Source: a virus. Taken from it: 64,000 nucleotides of DNA. The stretch spans positions 1 through 64,000 of the IMG/VR virus record IMGVR_UViG_3300032288_003949; one strand, given 5' to 3'. The first letter of the stretch is position 1. Every line of letters starts with the position of its first letter. Below the pieces are notes generated by a model that worked only from the letters and a program-made list of their open reading frames with translations, ran no database searches and was not told the origin of the DNA. The position numbers and the translations under genes are program-made. Below, one piece after another: positions 36,501 to 44,016 of the stretch.

Positions 36501-38522
36501 AACATCTGCCATGTTCGGGTATCGGATGCTGCGGTCTACGACATTTCCGTTCGCGTCCTTTATCGGCGCTTCGACTGCGATCTGGACTTCTCCCGCTTCG
36601 TCATAGCCCACATCGATGACCTTGCCTGAGAAGGGTTCGGTTCTGCCCCCGACTCTGACTGCATCGCCCTTGCTCCATTCCATCTCTGGAAGCTCAATCT
36701 CAGGTGTGATCACCGCAGCGCCAGGACCACCTGGGTTTACCATGAAGTCAGTTTCCATTTCCCCCTTTGGGCCGCTGCCAAGCTGCTGCAGCATGCCGCG
36801 CACAATGTCTTGGGCTCTCGTTTGGCTTATGCCTTCGGCTTTGGCGACATATTTCGCAAGCTCAGCGATTCGATCTTCAGTTTTCGTGTAGGACATTGAG
36901 AGCCTTTCAAGCAGCTCTTTCCGATCCTCCACAGGCACTTGACCTGTTTCCAGCACTCGCAGGAGTGCGGCTCTCTGCGGCCTGTATGTGCCTTGAATCC
37001 ACTGATCGTCTGGGTTCGCGGCTACATGCCGCAGCAGGTCATAGTCGCCGTCAAGGGCTGCCTGCTCAATCGTGACCATGTGCGCGATTTCTTCTGTGAG
37101 CGCCTCTTCTAGTGCGAACGCAGTCCTATTAGTGGGATCGTTGTATTCCGCCATGCTGATTGAGCTCACAGCGTGGGTCATTTCGTGGTTAATCGTTCGC
37201 AGCGCGTTGTAGTAGTCCGACAGTTCGTTCGGTGTCGGTTCCTGTCCGGCTGCCCGCAGGTCACGCACTCGTTCGATGCTGGCTTGCTCCCATTCCCCGA
37301 TGAAGATGAGCGACGCGCCGTCTTCGCCTAGGTGTTCGCCACCAACACTTGGCAGGTTTGGTTTCTTCTTGTCCCTTTTCTTCGTTCCCCACACGACTGG
37401 CGTAATTTCGCCGCCATACTGCTTCGCAAGCTCAGTCAGTCTGCTTTGAGCGCGTTCCACGGCGGCTGGTGCGCCCCCGTATTGTGCGGCGGCTGTTGCC
37501 ATCTTCGCGAGCGGCCCCTTTCCAGCAGGACTTTTCATCCCATCCTCTAGGTCGGGTGCTGTGATCGTTCTCTGGTTGCCGCGTCCCACCACATTCGGTG
37601 CGTCTGCACCCATGAGCCGTCGCAGGATCTCGGCGAGGCTGACGCGGGGGGCGAAGCCACCACGCTTAGGCATGAACCTTCCGCCCCAAATCGTTCCCTT
37701 CGGGTAGCGTCGGTTCCATTGGAGTTCCATAAGATCTGTCTCGTCGTAGACCTTGGCTTCTGTCAGGTTGTATCTCGCTCGGATCTCTTGAGCACGGGCT
37801 TCGGCATCGGTTGTGTCTGGCAGGGCGGCACCCATGTATCCCATACCGATGGCTTCGTCCCTCGTGAGCAGGTCACATCTGCATCCCGTATGCACGGGCG
37901 GATGTGTCACATCCAGAACGCTCCACGGCCACCATCCGACGGCTGCCATCGCTACGCAGTCCGGCGTGTGCTCCTTGACATTCGGGCTCATGATCCAGTA
38001 GGCCCCATCTGGGCTGAGTTCGCGGACCAGTTCCCTGCGGAGCGTGGCTTGGACGCGGGCAGCCACAGCGTCGTCGTGCTGTGCCATGTATCGTTCTTCA
38101 CGGTCGAAGACTGCATCTACGGCAGCGAGCGGTAGTGGCTTCTGCAGGGCTTCGGGGATGTCGCGCAGGAGTCGCTCGCGCATCTTGTCGATGAAGGCCG
38201 CTTCCCTATCGGCTTCTTTCGCTGCTTCTTCAGCAATCCGCTGATCTGTGACTTCTTCTTCGGTGAACTCTGGTCTTACCACCTGTTCGATCCATCCCGT
38301 GCCGCGCCGGAATGCGACAACGGCAGCCATCAGCGCAGCTATGAGCGATGCGGTTCTGGCCGACTCAGCGCCCGCTTGCGCCAACTGAGCTTCGCCGGTT
38401 GTCTGACCCTTGTCCTTGCGGTTTGCCAGATTTCCGGCGGCTGCTGCCGCGAGTATGGCTTCTGTGTCGTCCTTGGCGCGGTCAATGGCCTTGCGGCTTC
38501 TCTTACTTGCGGACGATGGCAT
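30543..38522 (-). CDS. MuF (SPP1 gp7-like) minor head protein fused to zincin, ART-like, two kinase-like and degenerate VIP2-like domains
   Basis: HTPDC..HPPVHTGCRC (MuF); NHEMTH..LEEALTE; WRGQ/FRGQ..GWS..ExE; GNTDRHMGN..AIDH; GGSN..WLVK..NWDVIG..DN..RLDQGG; 11 M-x-S-P; downstream of portal. Confidence 0.88.
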   Translation of the reverse strand: MPSSASKRSRKAIDRAKDDTEAILAAAAAGNLANRKDKGQTTGEAQLAQAGAESARTASLIAALMAAVVAFRRGTGWIEQVVRPEFTEEEVTDQRIAEEAAKEADREAAFIDKMRERLLRDIPEALQKPLPLAAVDAVFDREERYMAQHDDAVAARVQATLRRELVRELSPDGAYWIMSPNVKEHTPDCVAMAAVGWWPWSVLDVTHPPVHTGCRCDLLTRDEAIGMGYMGAALPDTTDAEARAQEIRARYNLTEAKVYDETDLMELQWNRRYPKGTIWGGRFMPKRGGFAPRVSLAEILRRLMGADAPNVVGRGNQRTITAPDLEDGMKSPAGKGPLAKMATAAAQYGGAPAAVERAQSRLTELAKQYGGEITPVVWGTKKRDKKKPNLPSVGGEHLGEDGASLIFIGEWEQASIERVRDLRAAGQEPTPNELSDYYNALRTINHEMTHAVSSISMAEYNDPTNRTAFALEEALTEEIAHMVTIEQAALDGDYDLLRHVAANPDDQWIQGTYRPQRAALLRVLETGQVPVEDRKELLERLSMSYTKTEDRIAELAKYVAKAEGISQTRAQDIVRGMLQQLGSGPKGEMETDFMVNPGGPGAAVITPEIELPEMEWSKGDAVRVGGRTEPFSGKVIDVGYDEAGEVQIAVEAPIKDANGNVVDRSIRYPNMADVKKVGSARKKTLRGKKVTGRLREGDKVRIKAKNGDIQVGTLEKVVAVDNNGFSADVRMQTGQVKRWQDSAVTDIRRAKADTRSRKAPKTTTEKILGGEDRVTPKKVSGPLGYDPRRYSDPKRALIRKVQALQPGNELELADGSVVFRGDKGSALIERPDGTRKRYATPNRLANAESAGIEQRVGPRSMASPMDGDPKDRKSLARQLASDAALDEFKAMASPASYEGSRDDPEHLRRAAAIVQRWQENPDMALKNSSEEEVNALLWEVNNGKIDTYKTEEGLLWRGQAVQHDEPKGNRIRGWSERLETALEFARSGPEVRKRDGTGIRKTSVAGAVDGLDPGDKAIISLYEITGGKGVEIKDLLEQAEMAREAGYEEMRSKIGNENQAEIIREFITSPKGYDVSLPDLDDFEIVYLAERLGIEVPPEGPEREDWILSAQSGSSRAKEIADALVQMFQADGMGAVEEILHDTNADLDGAYNTAERRWIRTEMEARASATGDYSLADPVVNEYEDEAEFIMDGGSLEGYRRIDILLATGDEGPIPTKDGVKYEDNAETWLRAKVREALEDGGYKPEQKVSDEQLTLEQDTLASSLDQDFVPADPDEDTLYDSEGLMRPTAVIAAVLQQDDPNNTEFDGFASHAWNNYYGGGVGPLKAIKNASREDMEQTLSKLQEIRAKAGEGPAGDETLNMREALQRAIDVLSESMDDYFGKPDTKDTETALVATGMASPAVIEPKRAYEGDLFAQLGQHMAYRFDETTFGSAFSGTLEKDLPDIDEAAGKLGWPQELIAAAKKMRQNALDKRMELVEKANRGFGKSMAQAVAAQPLQNFYESPEGAMASPVGPRLRSDEAMLSEVASGMSLDALKDGQGPVENFLRGALNGIGIDPYDIDMDKLTSHADDAEHAPISRLVVGGRGVSPCGLSRRVDFAVHVLLPELLVERYPRVAETLRRTSPRWGWRTGELPTGIGRPTDRELQTERARAELGDAMRSPATYQPAQKHDELVDTGIQAWVGSAKAKPEYQDALDALAWEIENNGESFDGQVLFRGQSRFLPAPSESGYRGWSADPGQGLHFGTHGYSDGSATVTVYVTQNGKGIDVAKRVEAMDKEKSPMNPTTRSIALMEKEIILSPDSIDEQRIVIEVSAEERGKPGYRDRMIRKIQEEAGVMDDVLAADKARFEQAMASPVYRRERTKFKQAVESMKSPNQTPKMNISEQELTDRVVDIAVQYQSGSFYDVASVTAAKVGDTDVLVRPFYNNRDWGSPNAKITVDGHDEAPNLAAEKVADILGVPVASVATRLVGNEESLAALKKVDEGNQQRLADNPTNPRTRNVVVDVGGERGYLQEIDWDNNLATFRSLEGQQEREISLDQVRIPELIQQELKVNGERLPTVAGSGVLDLQEDETRNSPAFQNLAILDDIIGNTDRHMGNLLVHKQYETIPNTVFYAIDHDLSFGSGERYEKIRERELGYTDGTGATLVQSLPATLSDSQREAVTRIATDTDFHDELKNIIPVDSPSREVWNQRVDEMVQRAQRLLGTGSMASPVEMASPMASPNIFNLLKGNKGKEDDLGRSMLEAPPEPVEGIPEYTDVELQDIKGAGGSNDARIAEDPDGNKWLVKAYRGDSDRVATELLANAIYRDLGVTVSNAGVGISRHPTYGDQIAVTYPLVDGEQRRWSEPNADLAEGFVADALLANWDVIGLTQDNILWNGDQPVRLDQGGTLEFRAQGERKSFGSVPTELWTMQSGRGQANGRMEITEAGMQAGAKDAALRLTPERIDELVDAAPFKDEAMRERIRTSLKERVAWLERFSRGEEGIPEPLQGDEITDYFEQREFPSLPEEDLAMEAYLGDDRTAIDDHLRSGAPKEEATEEIADTIATLDELFRSPMSKTDEDMTAWAVLPEPLENPEDLEGEWMADKSYLPLQTDFAPTPGVVAVKVQIPAGSSVVMPAAEGLDAPDGALLMGRNTKLQIQAVLQENGAVILQAVSVPR

Positions 38523-38616
38523 CTCTGCCTATGGTAATGCCGAATACAGCGGCTCCCTTGAACCTGTCTGCCGGTGCTGCTACTATGTGTCGCACAGTAA
38601 TCGTAAGGAGGAAATC

Positions 38617-38766
38617 ATGGGACCAGATTGGTATTTCGATGCGTCTGAGAGGGCAGTGGAGAACCACGACCCCGACAACTACGACGGGCGCGAGTGGGAA
38701 GAGCTGACGGACGAGGAGAAGGACGAGGCCACGATGGACCGAATCACGGATCTCGCCGATGCCTGA
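38617..38766 (+). CDS. small acidic hypothetical protein
   Basis: promoter and SD AAGGAGG. Confidence 0.65.
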   Translation: MGPDWYFDASERAVENHDPDNYDGREWEELTDEEKDEATMDRITDLADA

Positions 38767-38944
38767 TCACACCTTGCTCGTCAAGCTCGGCCCAGATTCC
38801 TACGGCGTGTATGCCGTAGGGCATCCCTTTGCTCAGGGGCCTTATGGCACTCCGCTGCTGTTTCGCGGCACCTTTCTTGAGTGCCAAACCTTCCAGCGCA
38901 CCTACCGCAAGCCGGAAGATCCCAGCGAGCAGGCGGCTGCCTGA
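38759..38944 (+). CDS. hypothetical protein
   Basis: coupled ORF. Confidence 0.55.
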   Translation: MPDHTLLVKLGPDSYGVYAVGHPFAQGPYGTPLLFRGTFLECQTFQRTYRKPEDPSEQAAA

Positions 38945-39147
38945 TGGGTGATCTGCTAATCGTCGCGTTTCTGTTCGTGCTGGGTGCTGCCATCGGGTAT
39001 GTAACCATCGGCGCTGCGCTGTTCGTGGTGGCCCTGCCGACCCTTCTGTTCGCCGACGCTGGCGATGTGTGGTATTGGACTTCCAACATCGGCGGCGTGT
39101 GTGGCGCGTTGGTCGCGGTCGCCTTCACTTGGGACATGTGGTGGTAA
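38944..39147 (+). CDS. small membrane protein
   Basis: hydrophobic; TGATG overlap. Confidence 0.6.
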   Translation: MGDLLIVAFLFVLGAAIGYVTIGAALFVVALPTLLFADAGDVWYWTSNIGGVCGALVAVAFTWDMWW

Positions 39148-39407
39148 TGGCCAATCCCGTGACATTCGCTCATCCGACCTTCCGCAACCTGCGGCCCGAT
39201 TCGGATCCGCCCGCTCAGGTGGCCGAATGCTCCTGCCTGCGCGATGAGATGCTCGCGGATCCTTGGATCGACCGTGTCACGACGCAGCTTCCCAAGCGGG
39301 GCGGGGCTGCTGTTGTGGTGGGCTGGCAGAAGGAGGGTTCGCGGAATGTTCCTGTGTCTGGCCCGTATTTCGTCACCGAAGACGGTCAGCGTCAGGTGGT
39401 CAAATAG
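39147..39407 (+). CDS. hypothetical protein
   Basis: TAATG overlap, MANPVTF. Confidence 0.55.
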   Translation: MANPVTFAHPTFRNLRPDSDPPAQVAECSCLRDEMLADPWIDRVTTQLPKRGGAAVVVGWQKEGSRNVPVSGPYFVTEDGQRQVVK

Positions 39408-39453
39408 TCCGATGTGTGCTGCTGTTACGCTTCGGCGATGCGAAGGAGGAAAC

Positions 39454-39534
39454 ATGGTAATTGTTGATTCACTCATTGTCGTGGGGCTGCTCGCTGCGTA
39501 TGCCCTATTTCTCGTTGGAATGGGAGGTCGCTGA
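39454..39534 (+). CDS. single-TM micropeptide (26 aa)
   Basis: SD AAGGAGG then MVIVDSLIVVGLLAAYALFLVGMGGR. Confidence 0.55.
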   Translation: MVIVDSLIVVGLLAAYALFLVGMGGR

Positions 39535-39827
39535 TGAATGCTGTCACGGATCTGGCTTGGGCGAGTGATGTTGAAGGCCCGTTCGTCGTGTTGTTGAAGA
39601 ACGGGAAGCAGCAGGTGATTGAGTCCATCGATGGCGGAGGCATGATGCTCGGCGATGAGCCAGATGCTTCTTACGAGGTTCATGCAACCGATGCCGACGG
39701 CGATCCGATCACGATCCTGCAAGCCATGATTGCGGCTGTGATCCAGCAGTCGTCGGGCGAGCAGGTGGAGTTTGGGAATCCGCTAATGGCCACTCATGTT
39801 GGTCATCCGCGAGGGACTCGTGGATAG
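39534..39827 (+). CDS. hypothetical protein
   Basis: TGATG overlap. Confidence 0.6.
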   Translation: MNAVTDLAWASDVEGPFVVLLKNGKQQVIESIDGGGMMLGDEPDASYEVHATDADGDPITILQAMIAAVIQQSSGEQVEFGNPLMATHVGHPRGTRG

Positions 39828-40083
39828 CATCCGCCGAAAGCTCTCTGCGGATTCGCGGCGGATCCTTCGTCGGTTCAGCGCGGATCCGTTGGAGCGGAAT
39901 CTGCGCACCCAGGACGAGCTTTCCGATGCTGTCGCTCTGTCTGCATTCTGGCCTGCGCTCAACACCCTGATGAGTCTCAATCTCGTCCAGTCTGTCAAGA
40001 ATGGGTATGCGCTCACCACCAAGGGCTACGAGGCTTTGGAGGACTTGTCGCGGGAGCGCACCGACCTGCCTTGGGGTCGCTAA
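39796..40083 (+). CDS. probable winged-helix protein
   Basis: ALNTL..LNLV....GYALTTKG wing motif; start uncertain. Confidence 0.55.
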   Translation: MLVIREGLVDSIRRKLSADSRRILRRFSADPLERNLRTQDELSDAVALSAFWPALNTLMSLNLVQSVKNGYALTTKGYEALEDLSRERTDLPWGR

Positions 40084-40134
40084 GAGAGAAGCCGCCATTC
40101 GGCGACTCTCCCTGTTCTAGGTCGACCCTTCGCT

Positions 40135-40506
40135 TTAGTCGGCCTGAAACATCTTCTTGAGGACGGACACCGAAGCCTTTTCGGTTTCGGCTTCCTGCAT
40201 GTCCTCGTTCGGCTCCTCGGGCTTGGGCGGAGCTGCTACGCCGCCTGTCGCCACCTGACCCTTCTGGTCACGGTCGATCAGACCGTAGGTGCCAGGACAG
40301 GTGCGAATGAACACCTCTCCGTTCTTCGCAGCCACGCTGAGCTGCGCCTGCATTGTGGCTGCCGGAGTCTTTCCGGTTGCCTTGATGATCCCCCTGCTGA
40401 GGGCTGCTGCTGTGATGTCGGAGGCCCGCATCGGCCCGCCATTCTCGGCGAGTATCCGCTCGGCTGCCTTCTTCATCGTCATTGGCTTTTCGATTGTCGC
40501 TTCCAT
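40135..40506 (-). CDS. HARE-HTH (RpoE-delta N-terminal-like) DNA-binding protein
   Basis: MTMKKAAERILAE.GGPM...I......II...GKTPAATM.AQL...F....GTYGL. Confidence 0.8.
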   Translation of the reverse strand: MEATIEKPMTMKKAAERILAENGGPMRASDITAAALSRGIIKATGKTPAATMQAQLSVAAKNGEVFIRTCPGTYGLIDRDQKGQVATGGVAAPPKPEEPNEDMQEAETEKASVSVLKKMFQAD

Positions 40507-40620
40507 GACACCCCCTTTCGGTCACGACTGTCGCTACACCGTTGCACACCCATGCTCCCAATGTCAAGCGGCTCTATCTGCTATGCTTCGTAGCGCAAGC
40601 AATCTGACCAAGGAGAAACT

Positions 40621-40701
40621 ATGGGTGGCGTAATCGAAGCTGTTCTGATGGTGATTGGGGTTCTGCTCGGCCTGCTTTGGGCGGTTTGGAGCCGAGCATG
40701 A
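40621..40701 (+). CDS. single-TM micropeptide (26 aa)
   Basis: promoter and SD AAGGAG; MGGVIEAVLMVIGVLLGLLWAVWSRA. Confidence 0.55.
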   Translation: MGGVIEAVLMVIGVLLGLLWAVWSRA

Positions 40702-40985
40702 GTTCGGCGGGCAAAACAATCTGGCTCTGCGTTGTCACGGAGGAATCCTTCAAGGACGGCGAGCAGTGGGTGCAGCTACTCGGCGAGTATTACGGCAAGG
40801 ATGCTTACGACGCGATGCGCTGGGCTGTCAAGGGGCTGGAGCAGGATCTGATCGACCCTGTTGACGGTCGCGAGATCGTGTTCAAGACCCGCGAAGAGCC
40901 TGCCGGTTATCTCGGAATCGGTGTCAGGGAAGTCGCAGAGTATGTCGCTGAGGAGTTGCGGCCTGATATCAAGGACGAGGACTAG
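40698..40985 (+). CDS. hypothetical protein
   Basis: ATGA overlap, MSSAGK. Confidence 0.6.
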   Translation: MSSAGKTIWLCVVTEESFKDGEQWVQLLGEYYGKDAYDAMRWAVKGLEQDLIDPVDGREIVFKTREEPAGYLGIGVREVAEYVAEELRPDIKDED

Positions 40986-43027
40986 GAGTAGTCGTCGCGG
41001 ATTGGGTCGGCTGCGTCGCGGAGGGCCTTCTTTGCCTTCTTGCGGCGCTTGCGTAGCTGCTCTCTCGCCTCTGGTGACAACCGCTTGGCGGCTCCTGTCT
41101 CTTGCGGCAGGTCAGCGCGGGTTGCCGCTTCCATAGCCTGCTCAGGTGGCGGGGATCCCGTCGGTGCCGCTTCTGCTTCTCCTGTCGGGATCGGTGCGGG
41201 CGGCACGGGCGGGTTCTCAGGCGGCGGGGCTTCTTCTCCCATTCCCATCCCACCCTGCTGGGCCTGCAGTGCCGCCATCGCCGGATCTTCATAACCTGGC
41301 GGGTAGACCTTCTCAACAACCTGTGCGGGGTCTTCCATTTCCAGTCCTTCGCCCAGTGCTACGGCCAGAAGTGTGCGGCTGAGCTCTAGGTTCGTGCCGT
41401 TCGGGTCGAAGGTTCTAGCGATTGTGGAGACAGAGTTCACGAGGTCGCTCATCATTCGCCTGAGCGGGTTCGGAAGGCCGAAGTCGTAGCTCAGATCGCG
41501 CTTCCGTTCTTCTAGCTCGGCTTCTTCAGACTTCGGGGCTTCGGGCGCTCCGAGTTCTGTGGCAGCGTCCATCTCGGCTTCTTGGACAGGTGTCAGCGGG
41601 GTTCCGCCGACCGATTCCATGCCTGTAGCCTCTGGCGGTGCCTCTGAGGTTCCTTCCTTTTCCATCTCCTTCTGCTTCTCGGCCCATTCTTCGTCGTCTA
41701 GCACTTCGCCGATGCGCCCTGCCTTGACCGCTTCTTCGATTACGCGGTCGATGAACCATCTGAATAGCTGTTCGAAGACTTCCTGTCTGCTTTCGACGGC
41801 CTTGAGCACGGGAAGCTCCATGCTGGTCGCGGTAGCGAGGTTCGCTGATCCGATGTCTCCGAGATAGTGCTGCGGGAAGTGAGTTGCGGCGCTGATCTGA
41901 CTCCGAATCATCTGGCCGTCGACATTCGCTCCGGCGGATCCCGAGTCCAGCTTGAAGGATTCGTGTTCTACGCCTTCATTCTCGGTGATGACCGATGCGC
42001 TGCGCGGGCCGATCAGATAGTCCTCGCCCGATGTGTCGACGGTGCGGCCTAGCTCTCCCCGCTTGGACAACACCTGTGTGGCGAGTTTCCGCACCTGATT
42101 CGGCGTTCCCTTAATCTTCCGTTTCATGACAAACGCTGCCGCTGCCTTGGCCGCGTCGACCCGCGACTCCATCAGCGAATTGAATGCATTGGACCAGCGT
42201 AGGACTCGGTGCATGGTCGGGTGGCCGAATGCCATCTCGCCAGTCTTGTTAATGGCGATGTGGTAGACCCGACCCTTGCCCATCTTGTTGGCGGGCGGCT
42301 TCATACCGCGTCCATTGGGCTCGTTGCTCCAGTGCTGGTAGTAGAGGATCCGCTCGCCGCGAAGTCTGTCCAGATCTGCGTCGTAGGCTGGGACATCGTT
42401 CTGGTAGTCCCACTTAATGTGTTTCCGGCGGCTCACATAGTAGATGATCCTGCGCCGGTTCTCTGGGTCGCGCACCACATTCTCCACGGAGTCGTGGTCA
42501 AGCATGCCGAGCTTTACGCGCCCGTCTTGCCCTGTGAACATGAGCACGAAGAGGTTGCTCTGGAGCGATAGGTCGGTTCCGAGTGCCATCTGCGCTGGGT
42601 AGCTGGTCAGAATCAGCTGATTGTCTTCGTCATTCCACGCTTCGTCGATGATCTCCTGAACCTTGGGATCCCTAGCCTTCGGCGATGGCACTCCGCGACC
42701 GAGGGTGAAGTCGTTCATGAGATCGACGGCTGCTCCTAGCTGCGGATCCTGCTGCCATGCGACGCGGGACTGCTGCACGAGCTTCCGGCGCTGCACGGCC
42801 TGCATGTCCTGCTCGTTTCCGCCGAGGTAGTCAAGGCTCTGCCACGCCAGCAGGTCAAGCTCCTTGCGGAGCGTCCGGCGTTCTATAGCTTCGGCTTCAA
42901 GCAGGTCAAGCTTCTCGTCTTCGACTACCCTCGCGCCCGAGCGCGTTGCCGCTGCTTCGGCTATCCGACGGAAGATGCCGCCGCTCTCAGAGCTTTCGGC
43001 TCCTAGATCTGTCGGATCATCTGACAA
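40982..43027 (-). CDS. portal protein
   Basis: 681 aa between TerL and MuF; DFTLGRG, PQHYLGD..SANLATA.SME.P..K....Q pattern. Confidence 0.88.
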   Translation of the reverse strand: MSDDPTDLGAESSESGGIFRRIAEAAATRSGARVVEDEKLDLLEAEAIERRTLRKELDLLAWQSLDYLGGNEQDMQAVQRRKLVQQSRVAWQQDPQLGAAVDLMNDFTLGRGVPSPKARDPKVQEIIDEAWNDEDNQLILTSYPAQMALGTDLSLQSNLFVLMFTGQDGRVKLGMLDHDSVENVVRDPENRRRIIYYVSRRKHIKWDYQNDVPAYDADLDRLRGERILYYQHWSNEPNGRGMKPPANKMGKGRVYHIAINKTGEMAFGHPTMHRVLRWSNAFNSLMESRVDAAKAAAAFVMKRKIKGTPNQVRKLATQVLSKRGELGRTVDTSGEDYLIGPRSASVITENEGVEHESFKLDSGSAGANVDGQMIRSQISAATHFPQHYLGDIGSANLATATSMELPVLKAVESRQEVFEQLFRWFIDRVIEEAVKAGRIGEVLDDEEWAEKQKEMEKEGTSEAPPEATGMESVGGTPLTPVQEAEMDAATELGAPEAPKSEEAELEERKRDLSYDFGLPNPLRRMMSDLVNSVSTIARTFDPNGTNLELSRTLLAVALGEGLEMEDPAQVVEKVYPPGYEDPAMAALQAQQGGMGMGEEAPPPENPPVPPAPIPTGEAEAAPTGSPPPEQAMEAATRADLPQETGAAKRLSPEAREQLRKRRKKAKKALRDAADPIRDDYS

Positions 43028-43355
43028 TGTCTTCTCCTACCTCTGCCGCGTCGCGCAGGATGGCACTTGCTTCCCGATAAGCGCCGCAGGCCCTTTCGCT
43101 GTTCGGAATCTTCTCGGTCTTGGCACATACTCTGTCCAGCAGGTCGGCGCTGGTGTGTAGGAGCATCGTGCGGGGCTGAAAGTCGGCGTTCTCTTGGCGC
43201 TCTTGGGCTCGTCCTTCTTCAAGACCGCGCTCGTAGTTCCGGCGCACGAGTTCCCGCACCATTCTGGTCTGCTCCTTGTCGGTGATGCCGGTTTCGCGAG
43301 CTATCCGGCGGGCATCTGCTGCTACTCTGCGATTATTTGTCGTCATGGTCGACAT
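43017..43355 (-). CDS. hypothetical protein
   Basis: overlaps the portal start. Confidence 0.55.
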   Translation of the reverse strand: MSTMTTNNRRVAADARRIARETGITDKEQTRMVRELVRRNYERGLEEGRAQERQENADFQPRTMLLHTSADLLDRVCAKTEKIPNSERACGAYREASAILRDAAEVGEDIVR

Positions 43356-43530
43356 TTTCCGGCGTTACCACCTTGTAGCCGAGCAGGTCTGCGTCGCCCA
43401 TCTCCAGTTCTTCCCCGTTGCGGACATTCTCCACGAGCACCGAGTCCCTGCTGGTGCGTTCGATCACCCATAGAAGCCTGCGCCCATCCGTGAGGTAGGT
43501 TCCAGGCAGATGGCTGGGTATTTCTTGCAA
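43333..43530 (-). CDS. hypothetical protein
   Basis: 65-aa beta-rich ORF. Confidence 0.5.
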   Translation of the reverse strand: MQEIPSHLPGTYLTDGRRLLWVIERTSRDSVLVENVRNGEELEMGDADLLGYKVVTPENVDHDDK

Positions 43531-43850
43531 TCGGTATCACCTTGGTCTTGCTTCCGTCGGACTCGTTGCCTTTATCTCGTCGTGGAGTTCTCTTGCTTTG
43601 CGTTCTGCGATTGCCCGCTTTTCCCTTCGCCATATCGGACATCCGATGTATTTTCCGGCGCAGAAGGATTTCAGGCTTCTGGAGTTTTCTGATGCTGTGA
43701 TTGTCTCGCGGGTTATGCGGCACCTGCAGGCCGGACCTTGGATCGTTTCCTGCACAAGCTCTCCCGCTGGGCAGCGAATGATGTTCGGGTCAAGATTCAC
43801 TTGGTCAAGTGTAATCCCTGAAACGGCGGAGTCGGGGTCTAGGGTTTGGG

Positions 43851-43923
43851 TGCGGCGTGGGGAAGTTGGTATCCCGCTAGTCTCATCGGCTAGAGATCGC
43901 AGGTTCGAGTCCTGTCGCCGCCA
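43851..43923 (+). tRNA. tRNA with CAU anticodon, initiator-like (atypical); CCA not encoded
   Basis: cloverleaf: GCGGCG/CGCCGC acceptor with U1:C72 mismatch, GGGA/TCCC D stem, CTAGT-CTCATCG-GCTAG, GCAGG-TTCGAGT-CCTGT; TAGGGT -10 at 43840-43845. Confidence 0.88.
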
Positions 43924-44016
43924 TTTCGCTCTACTGTGCGGTTTCCTTCTCCGTGCTACATTCCATCGCAGGTATGTGCTACTGTGTGTAGCGCAATCCA
44001 CGAAGAGGAGGATCGT

